From a virus (Duplodnaviria; Heunggongvirae; Uroviricota; Caudoviricetes): a stretch of DNA of 34,373 nucleotides. Made by a program: the position numbers and the translations under genes. The stretch covers positions 1-34,373 of IMG/VR virus record IMGVR_UViG_2713896907_000006. One strand, 5' to 3'. The notes below the pieces were generated by a model. The model saw nothing but the letters and a program-made list of their open reading frames with translations. It did not search any database and was not told the DNA's origin. Positions 27,841-34,373 of this stretch are shown here, in pieces. The stretch's first letter is position 1. Each line of letters begins with the position of its first letter.

Positions 27841-30599
27841 TTGTTCCCACGGGTCAGGCCACCCCGCAGCAGGTCTGCTTTGCGGTTGGCGCGTTCAGTG
27901 GTTTCACTGATTCTCTGTGCGTGCTCTGCGTCACGGATGGCGCGCAGCATGTCAGAAAGCACGGTAACGGGGGTTTTTATGGTGCTCTGGTCCTGCTGAA
28001 GTGTGGATGCCAGACGTGCGGCGGCTTCGGGGTCTGATGCCCCCAGTTGTTCCAGATAGCTGGCGACCGGGTTATGGCGGATCTCTGTGCTGCTTACGCC
28101 GTGATTACGGCTCAGGCGCTGCCAGAGCTGCGTGATTCGGCTGTCCGGGCGGGTATCCGGTTTGCGTACAATTTCAAATCCCTGCGGTGCAATGATGCTG
28201 CCGTCAACGTACAGACTGCCGCCCCGTAACAGGTGCTGCATCTGCTGTTCACCGATATGCAGGCCGAGAGATTCAGCAGACTCCCGCCATTCTTTAGCGA
28301 GTAACTCGTGGTTATCAGGCAAAGGCTGTGGCTGTTTGCGGCTCTGTGTCCAGTTCTGCATTTCATCACTGCTGTTTTTTGCCTGTTTGTCACGCAGCGA
28401 ACGCATCAGCGCCCGGCGTTCGTGCCGTTTCAGTGAGCGCATCCATTCATCCACATCAACGCCGTCAGGAAGCTGCGGCCACGGTGCTGGCCGTTCTTCC
28501 GGCTGTTCTGTCCCGTTGTTGTCCGTTTCCTGTACACGGGGACAGTTATTGCCACGAGTCCAAGGGGCGGCAGGGCCGCCCTGAAGGTCAAAACTATTTT
28601 CGTTGGCGCTGTCTTCCGCTTCCGGTTTACGTCTTACCAGCTTCCAGTTATCCGGGTGCGTGCACACGCGGGAAGATTCCCCGATTTGTGGCGACCAGAT
28701 CCCGTAAATCTGTACGCTTTGCTCGCCGTAATCGTTCAGCTCTTCTGCGAGGTCGTAGGCGGTGCGAATCAGGTAATCCTTGCGTGGAACAAGTACGCCA
28801 CCCTGTTTCTCAATGTAGGTGGCAAAACACCCGGCATCAGCGGCAGCAAGTACCGCATCCATTGCGTCATTTTCCAGACGTTGTGGACCTTCCGGGTTGC
28901 GGGCCATCTGACTGGCAAGGCGGCGGAGTTCACGCCATACCTGACGGGAGGGGATACCAAAGAACTGGAACTGGCGGACGCGGTGAAGGCGCGCCCAGCC
29001 GATGGCGCGTTCCACGCTCTCGGCCATTGATTTTCCGGTTTCGTGATCAACGCGTGGCTTGCCTGTTTTCGGGTCAATGCCATCCACGGCGCGGCTGTCC
29101 AGGTTCTTTCCGATGTAGGTGGCGATGTAGCTGGTCGGCGTACCTTTTGAACCGTCGACGTACTCTGCCTTAAAGCGCGGAGTTATGTCATTGCCCAGCT
29201 CGTGGCGGTCTTCGCGAATGGCAATATCACGGGTGATGTCCACGATGCTGTCGATTTCTTCAGGATGTGCAAAGACCATCATGTGCCAGTGCACGGTGCC
29301 GTCATGGTGTGGCTCCACCGTGCGGATGCCATACCAGCGCAGGCCGTCGCGATTCAGTTTTTTGCGGACCGCCTTAAAAAAAGTGTTAACCAGGTAATCA
29401 CTGGAATCGCGCATGGTGGCGCCGTTCCATTTGGGATTCGGATGACCGTTCTCTGTTGTAGCGTGGTATTTTGACGGGCAGGTGACAGTCAGAAACACCG
29501 CTTTGTCGCCACGGGCTTCGGCCAGAAGTTCCAGTCCCTTCATGGTGGCCATCATTTCTGCCTTACGGTGGACCGGGTTACTTACTCCCGCGTAATACAC
29601 CGTCTCGAGATCAATCGTGAACCCGTCTTCATTTTCCAGCATGAAACTTTTCAGGAAATCGCGTGTTTTCTCGCGCTGTGCGCGAAATTCACTTAATGCG
29701 TCCTGACTCAGATAGGGTGATGTTTTTCTGGAAACCAGACAGGCAGCGCGGAGTTGTTCCTCTCTCCATTCGCAACGTAAAAGCCACAGTTTGCGTTTCC
29801 ACCAGTCCGCACAGGTCAGGCGGAGGATTGCACCCGGCAGCAGTTCCGTGTCCGGTTCGTTCTTCCGGTCTTTGTCTGTTGTCAGTGCGTCATAATGCGG
29901 CGGCACTGTGTGCAGATGTAACGCCATGCGGGCCAGCATCTGATACGCCTTCAGCGTTATATCCATGGTCAGCTCGCCGTCGGTCGCGCCACAGCCATCG
30001 CAGAGTTTTTCGAAGGTGCTGCTGAACATCGCCGCTGTCATGACGGCCAGCGTCTGTATCTGGTGCTTGTTGAGCTGTGGCAGGTACAGCAAATCGTCCA
30101 GACGTTCACGTCCGGCAAGGGAGCGATAACCCGGAGTCAGCCAGCGACGGTCGGTGCGGGCCAGACGTTCGAATATTTTGCGCAGGGTTCCGCGCGCATA
30201 GCGTTCCGCCTGCCAGCTCTTTTTGCCTTTCTGGCGGTCAGATTCCTGTTTTTTGCGCAGGAAAGAGAGATGGCGGATAAGCGGATCACGCAGATAGGAC
30301 GGCAGCAGACGCAGTGCGGCAATTGCTTCATCCACCGCACCTCGTGCCTGCTTTCTGGCTTCTCTTGCCAGTGTGATGGCTTTGTCCTGTTTTTCCTGTG
30401 CGTCCAGGCTTTTATTAATCAGATTGCCCAGCGGTGCAGCGGAGAACGCCGCATCAGCCATTTCCTGGCGGCGCTCGTTCTCTGCCCGGTAGGCATCCAG
30501 CCAGGAAGAAAGAAGGGAGGGGCGGACAGGCTCCCCCGTTCCCTCGCGACCGACTGCACAGCGTGGTTGTTGCCAGTCTCTGATGTACTCCGTTGTCAC
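27777..30599 (-). CDS. A: Replication initiation endonuclease gpA (rolling-circle HUH nickase family)
   Basis: Contains HHDGTVHWHMMVF (HUH-type motif); largest early-region ORF, in the position of P2 gene A. At 940 aa it is longer than the P2 and 186 A proteins as I recall them. Confidence 0.85.
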   Translation of the reverse strand: MTTEYIRDWQQPRCAVGREGTGEPVRPSLLSSWLDAYRAENERRQEMADAAFSAAPLGNLINKSLDAQEKQDKAITLAREARKQARGAVDEAIAALRLLPSYLRDPLIRHLSFLRKKQESDRQKGKKSWQAERYARGTLRKIFERLARTDRRWLTPGYRSLAGRERLDDLLYLPQLNKHQIQTLAVMTAAMFSSTFEKLCDGCGATDGELTMDITLKAYQMLARMALHLHTVPPHYDALTTDKDRKNEPDTELLPGAILRLTCADWWKRKLWLLRCEWREEQLRAACLVSRKTSPYLSQDALSEFRAQREKTRDFLKSFMLENEDGFTIDLETVYYAGVSNPVHRKAEMMATMKGLELLAEARGDKAVFLTVTCPSKYHATTENGHPNPKWNGATMRDSSDYLVNTFFKAVRKKLNRDGLRWYGIRTVEPHHDGTVHWHMMVFAHPEEIDSIVDITRDIAIREDRHELGNDITPRFKAEYVDGSKGTPTSYIATYIGKNLDSRAVDGIDPKTGKPRVDHETGKSMAESVERAIGWARLHRVRQFQFFGIPSRQVWRELRRLASQMARNPEGPQRLENDAMDAVLAAADAGCFATYIEKQGGVLVPRKDYLIRTAYDLAEELNDYGEQSVQIYGIWSPQIGESSRVCTHPDNWKLVRRKPEAEDSANENSFDLQGGPAAPWTRGNNCPRVQETDNNGTEQPEERPAPWPQLPDGVDVDEWMRSLKRHERRALMRSLRDKQAKNSSDEMQNWTQSRKQPQPLPDNHELLAKEWRESAESLGLHIGEQQMQHLLRGGSLYVDGSIIAPQGFEIVRKPDTRPDSRITQLWQRLSRNHGVSSTEIRHNPVASYLEQLGASDPEAAARLASTLQQDQSTIKTPVTVLSDMLRAIRDAEHAQRISETTERANRKADLLRGGLTRGNKKQTETGFTNPVNEQKTRREI

Positions 30600-30604
30600 G
30601 CCGA

Positions 30605-30970
30605 CTACTCCGCCTTGCCGCTCAGTGCATTATGGCAGACGGTAGCCAGCCGCTGGATTTCCTGCATGGTGCTCTCTGTGCTGGCATAACGGTGTGTTAT
30701 GCGAATGCTGTCAGCAATTACATCAGCAATCAGAGATGAAGTTCGCTGGTAAATACCCAGAACGGAAGGCGTGCCGCTTTCGATGCGGGAAAGTGTGTAA
30801 TCATCCTGGCAGCTACCAACCATGTAGCGCCCGTCAATAACAATCTGGCCGTCCGGGAGCTGCTGTTCCGGCAGTGATTTCAGATACATTGCATAGCGGT
30901 CAAGAACGCGAATACCAAAATCGCGCTCGGTTTTCAGCAGGTAATCAAAAAAGTCTTCGGCGAGAATCAT
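30605..30970 (-). CDS. Hypothetical early protein (121 aa)
   Basis: ORF directly upstream of A in the early operon; AGAGGA ribosome-binding site. Confidence 0.55.
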   Translation of the reverse strand: MILAEDFFDYLLKTERDFGIRVLDRYAMYLKSLPEQQLPDGQIVIDGRYMVGSCQDDYTLSRIESGTPSVLGIYQRTSSLIADVIADSIRITHRYASTESTMQEIQRLATVCHNALSGKAE

Positions 30971-31111
30971 TGCGGCAATCCTCTTGTTGCAGATGTGCGA
31001 AGGCCTCCCGCCGCAAGGTGCAGGAAAGGCCCGGAACAGGAATTAACGGAGTTTGTTTTGCTGCCGGATGAGCTGCTGAAGACCGACGTGGTTTCCGGCA
31101 GTAGGAGGTGC

Positions 31112-31357
31112 TCATGCTCTGATTTCCCTCAGTAGCTGGTTGAACATCTGGGTTAGCGGGTTGCTACACCCAAACGGCATCGGGTTTACCTGATAAGAAA
31201 AGCGACCGCCTGTTTTGCGTTCTTTTCTTATGACTGAACCGCTGCGCCAGAGACGGCGTAACTCCGCATTAATGGCTGTGGTTGGGGTATTCAGTGCTGC
31301 GGCGATTTCTCCACCGCTACACCCCGGATTGGCGGCGATATAGTCCAGAATGGTCAT
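31112..31357 (-). CDS. Hypothetical early protein (81 aa), possible winged-helix DNA-binding protein
   Basis: Translationally coupled small ORF in the early operon. Confidence 0.5.
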   Translation of the reverse strand: MTILDYIAANPGCSGGEIAAALNTPTTAINAELRRLWRSGSVIRKERKTGGRFSYQVNPMPFGCSNPLTQMFNQLLREIRA

Positions 31358-31557
31358 CTGCGTGACTCCTGTACCTGTCTGATAAGATTCACCTGCACCA
31401 CGTTGGTGGCGCAGAAGTAAGTGCCGTCAGTGAGATAGATGTGATGTGCATCCTTTTCTGAACGGTGTTTGTCGATTGTGGTAATCAGGCGTTCGTCAAC
31501 TTCGTATTCACGTCCTCTGGAGGTGAAACGAACGACAGGAAAATGCTTAATTGCCAT
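31354..31557 (-). CDS. Hypothetical early protein (67 aa)
   Basis: Start at the ATG at 31557 preceded by a strong AAGGAGG ribosome-binding site. Confidence 0.55.
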   Translation of the reverse strand: MAIKHFPVVRFTSRGREYEVDERLITTIDKHRSEKDAHHIYLTDGTYFCATNVVQVNLIRQVQESRR

Positions 31558-31753
31558 TACGCCTCCTTGGTGTGTGCGAATACCTCCGCGAATGCGGATT
31601 GTTTTCACATTTTCTTATTTAACCTGGAGTCTTATTTGCGCAGTTATTTTTCAGTGAAAAAGCGTTCAATCTTTTTTACTGAATTAATAATTCGCATAAT
31701 CCCAATAACGCAGGCCACCGAAATAATCAGAACAAGCCATGAGATAAATATAC

Positions 31754-31996
31754 TCATGCAATATTCCCCAGTTTATATGGCTCAATATGGTCCCCGTTTT
31801 CTGCTGCGCAGACGAGTATGGAAAGCTCGTCGAGCGCGTCCGGGTCGTCAATGTAAAAAGCTGTGTCGTATATACTCTTGATGGCCCTGGTCAATGACTC
31901 TCGGGCTGCGAGCTCAGCATGAGTGCCTGATGCGCTTAAGCGAAAATGAAAGCGCTCAAGTGCTTTATTGACGAGAGTTTTATATTCTTTATCCAT
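31754..31996 (-). CDS. Hypothetical early protein (80 aa)
   Basis: ORF in the early operon. Confidence 0.5.
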   Translation of the reverse strand: MDKEYKTLVNKALERFHFRLSASGTHAELAARESLTRAIKSIYDTAFYIDDPDALDELSILVCAAENGDHIEPYKLGNIA

Positions 31997-32007
31997 CGCA
32001 ATGCCCT

Positions 32008-32286
32008 TTAATCTGCCTTTTGAATTTCAGCTTCTGAATCCATGCAGATAATTTCGATATAGGGTTCATCGCCATTAACCTGACGTGCTTTTTCAGCTTC
32101 GCTAATAATTTCGCATACGTGTTGATATGGAATCTCTACGGTCAGGCGTGTGCCGTTCAGATAAATGTAAGTGGCCGTGCTTTTATCTACCGGAACCACT
32201 CCATCAATAGCTGATGCGCGCAACAACAGCTCACCGCGAAAATCAATAAAGCGGATAAATACACCCTGAGCATGGTCTTTGGTCAT
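32008..32286 (-). CDS. Hypothetical early protein (92 aa)
   Basis: Start at the ATG at 32286 preceded by AGGTG. Confidence 0.5.
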   Translation of the reverse strand: MTKDHAQGVFIRFIDFRGELLLRASAIDGVVPVDKSTATYIYLNGTRLTVEIPYQHVCEIISEAEKARQVNGDEPYIEIICMDSEAEIQKAD

Positions 32287-32296
32287 AAAGCACCTG

Positions 32297-32635
32297 TTAT
32301 AAATCAGCCTGTTTAATGAAATTCTGTCCGCGCAGCAGACGATCAACTGTGCGTAGCGCTTCGTACAATGTGAAATCCTGTCCGAACTGATTGTCGCCGT
32401 TGCTCAGAGCAAAAATGCGGTTTCCGGTAAATGGGTTGCGCTGGCATCTGTGAACCACGATTCCAGCTTTCTCAATCAGCCAGGTGTGTTCACCAATTTG
32501 TTTTACGGGGTGACCATCCGGTGTTGCGTGCGCCTCGCTCAGGCTGTAGCGGGAGTTACTACGTGATGCACTGGTAGCGAAACGGTTAGCGTGGCGTTCC
32601 GTTCCGGTACGAAAATTATGGCGTTGCTTCAGCAT
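32297..32635 (-). CDS. Hypothetical early protein (112 aa), second gene of the early operon
   Basis: ORF immediately downstream of the cox-positioned gene. Confidence 0.5.
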   Translation of the reverse strand: MLKQRHNFRTGTERHANRFATSASRSNSRYSLSEAHATPDGHPVKQIGEHTWLIEKAGIVVHRCQRNPFTGNRIFALSNGDNQFGQDFTLYEALRTVDRLLRGQNFIKQADL

Positions 32636-32649
32636 AAAATTACACCTCG

Positions 32650-32928
32650 TTATTTTGTCATCTGCACGTATTTCTCTGCGTTTCTGATGGTTTTCAGGAA
32701 AATTGCGAAGAGATTTACTGTACGTTTTGAGTTTTTTTCTTCTTGGTTGATGGGAAGGGCTGCTCTGTCAGCCTGCCTTTTCACTGCATTAACAGTTTGA
32801 TTGGTACGCTTCGCGTAATCTTTCAGGCTTTCTTCGAGTACCGGTAATCCATGCTCATCGCGGTATGGGTAGAACGCCGCCAAACGCTCAAAATCCGCTT
32901 GCTCGTATGTGTTCAAGAGCTTTGTCAT
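32650..32928 (-). CDS. First early-operon gene at the cox/apl position
   Basis: 92-aa ORF divergent from the C repressor across a 91-bp switch region. I see no sequence resemblance to P2 Cox or 186 Apl; the call is positional. Confidence 0.45.
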   Translation of the reverse strand: MTKLLNTYEQADFERLAAFYPYRDEHGLPVLEESLKDYAKRTNQTVNAVKRQADRAALPINQEEKNSKRTVNLFAIFLKTIRNAEKYVQMTK

Positions 32929-33019
32929 GATGTGATAACCTGTTCAGTCTGTGGTTATTTGTTGCTAAAAGTCGTCTCTAGGCGACTTTTAGGGTTAATT
33001 TAGTCGTCTGGAGACCACC
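32929..33019. promoter_or_regulatory. Immunity switch region with candidate operator repeats
   Basis: Direct repeat AGTCGTCT at 32970-32977 and 33002-33009, plus inverted repeat AAAAGTCG (32967-32974) / CGACTTTT (32983-32990); lies between the divergent C and early-operon starts. Confidence 0.5.
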
Positions 33020-33331
33020 ATGTCAAGTGGGTACGAAAAAAAACTGAAAGAGATACGGAAAAGTGAAGGGTTAACTCAAGCTGAGTTTGCTGATGTTACT
33101 GGGATAAATCTCGGAACTATAAAGAATTATGAGAGCGGTAAAAGAGAGGTTGGTTTAAGCGTTGTTGATCGCGTAATTAATTCTAAGGATTTCGAAAAAT
33201 ACACTATATGGCTTATGACGGGAAAAACAAATGAGGCTGCAGGGCAGATCAGTCCCTCTCTCTCCCCTGATGGGCCAGAAAACACATCGTCTTCTCAAAA
33301 ATCCCGCAAGACTGGCACACAGCCCGGCTAA
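33020..33331 (+). CDS. C: Immunity repressor C (P2 C-type)
   Basis: 103 aa; N-terminal helix-turn-helix region (LTQAEFADVTGINLGTIKNYESGKR) and KYTIWLMTGKT segment parallel P2 C; directly upstream of int. Confidence 0.85.
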   Translation: MSSGYEKKLKEIRKSEGLTQAEFADVTGINLGTIKNYESGKREVGLSVVDRVINSKDFEKYTIWLMTGKTNEAAGQISPSLSPDGPENTSSSQKSRKTGTQPG

Positions 33332-33380
33332 TCATGGAACGCTGGGGGCATGGTGGTCTTGTAACGCTGGGGTTTCACGA

Positions 33381-34373
33381 ATGAGCATAAAATCAATTCC
33401 GGGAGGTTATCTTCTTGACATGCGTCCAGAGGGGCGCAAAGGCAAGCGCATTCGCAAAAAATTTAAAACGAAATCGGATGCAGTTTTATATGAGCGGTGG
33501 GTGCTGGCGCAACAGCATAACAAGGAGTGGAAAGGAAACTCTATTGATCGCCGTCCTCTGTCAGTGCTTATTGAATTGTGGTGGAAATATCACGGCCAGT
33601 TAATGAGGTCAGGGCATAACACGCGTCTTAAATTGCTGCGTCTGAGTGAGGCAATGGATGACCCGTGCGTGCATAAACTTAATACAACGATGCTCACCGA
33701 GCTACGTGTGTCCAGGATAGAGCAGGGGATACAGCCCAGCACCATTAATCGAGAGATTGGGGCGTTAAGCGCGATGTTTACTGCACTCATCTCATCCGGC
33801 CATTTTCTTAACGATAACCCCGTTCAAGGCCTTAAAGGAATGAAGGTTAACGAGCGCGAAATGGGATATCTGAGTAAGTCTGAATGTGTTCAGTTGCTGG
33901 ATGCACTGGCTGAAAATCCCGATGAACAGCTGGCTGTCGAAATCCTTCTGTCGACCGGGGCGCGATGGGGCGAGGTAGCGGCACTGGAGCAGCGCCGTGT
34001 TCTTCATTGTCGAATCACTTTTTCAAAAACGAAGAACAGCAAAAACCGTACCGTTCCTATTTCTGAAAGCCTGTTTGAAAAGATCAAAAAACGGGGCGGG
34101 AAACTGGTTTTTCCGACGCTGGATTATCCATTGGTTCGCGATGTCATCAAAACGGTCGCATCTGATGTTCCCGACGGCCAGGCTGTTCATGCGCTGCGCC
34201 ACACCTTCGCCAGTCATTTCATGATGAACGGCGGCAATATTCTGACGCTCCAGAAAATTCTGGGGCACGCAAAGATTCAGACAACGATGATTTATGCCCA
34301 TCTTGCGCCGGATTACCTGCAGGATGCGGTGAGATTTAATCCCCTTGGAGATGCCTTATATGAAGCCTCTTAA
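33381..34373 (+). CDS. int: Tyrosine integrase (P2 Int family)
   Basis: MSIKSIPGGYLLDMRPEGRKGKRIRKKF... parallels the P2 Int N-terminus; C-terminal catalytic region with HALRHTFASHF and an LGHAKIQTTMIYAHL tyrosine motif. Start is the ATG at 33381, not the upstream 33231 in the ORF track. Stop codon is the last three bases of the window. Confidence 0.9.
   Translation: MSIKSIPGGYLLDMRPEGRKGKRIRKKFKTKSDAVLYERWVLAQQHNKEWKGNSIDRRPLSVLIELWWKYHGQLMRSGHNTRLKLLRLSEAMDDPCVHKLNTTMLTELRVSRIEQGIQPSTINREIGALSAMFTALISSGHFLNDNPVQGLKGMKVNEREMGYLSKSECVQLLDALAENPDEQLAVEILLSTGARWGEVAALEQRRVLHCRITFSKTKNSKNRTVPISESLFEKIKKRGGKLVFPTLDYPLVRDVIKTVASDVPDGQAVHALRHTFASHFMMNGGNILTLQKILGHAKIQTTMIYAHLAPDYLQDAVRFNPLGDALYEAS

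Larger units (their letters stand above)
332..34373. mobile_element. P2-like temperate phage genome (ogr through int), probably an integrated prophage
   Basis: Collinear set of P2-family genes recognised from translations: ogr, D, FI, FII, E/E', T, U, G, H, I, J, W, V, S, R, lysis genes, X, L, M, N, O, P, Q, A, C, int. Total span is close to the P2 genome size. Confidence 0.9.

Noticed and set aside
28328-29173. 281-aa + strand ORF inside gene A
   Set aside because: Antisense shadow of the gpA coding sequence; its Arg/Cys/Pro-rich composition is typical of out-of-frame translation.
1-34373. CRISPR arrays, tRNA or rRNA genes
   Set aside because: No regularly spaced direct repeats with unique spacers and no cloverleaf-like or rRNA-like segments were recognised; in particular no tRNA is visible next to int within the window.

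Overview
This window is a near-complete P2-like (Peduovirus-type) temperate phage genome, most likely an integrated prophage, running from ogr on the left to the integrase on the right. All gene calls rest on reading the six-frame translations against remembered P2/186 and plasmid R1 proteins; no search was run. Recognisable modules in order: a Hok/Gef-like toxin at the left edge; ogr; an AT-rich insertion with a KAP-family P-loop NTPase; tail gene D; the tail sheath-tube-E/E'-tape measure-U block (inverted relative to D compared with canonical P2); an AT-rich single-gene moron at the position of P2 Z/fun; tail fibre and baseplate genes G-H-I-J-W-V-S-R; a lysis cassette; head genes X-L-M-N-O and divergent P-Q; a putative cos region; an accessory cluster with a plasmid R1-type ParM/ParR partition pair plus three small proteins; replication gene A; small early genes; and the C repressor and integrase. 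The strongest candidates for an undescribed system are the three cargo loci: the KAP NTPase between D and ogr, the moron between U and G, and the ParMR-plus-small-proteins cluster between A and cos. No CRISPR array, rRNA or tRNA was recognised. A 7-nt run of N sits at 20179-20185.
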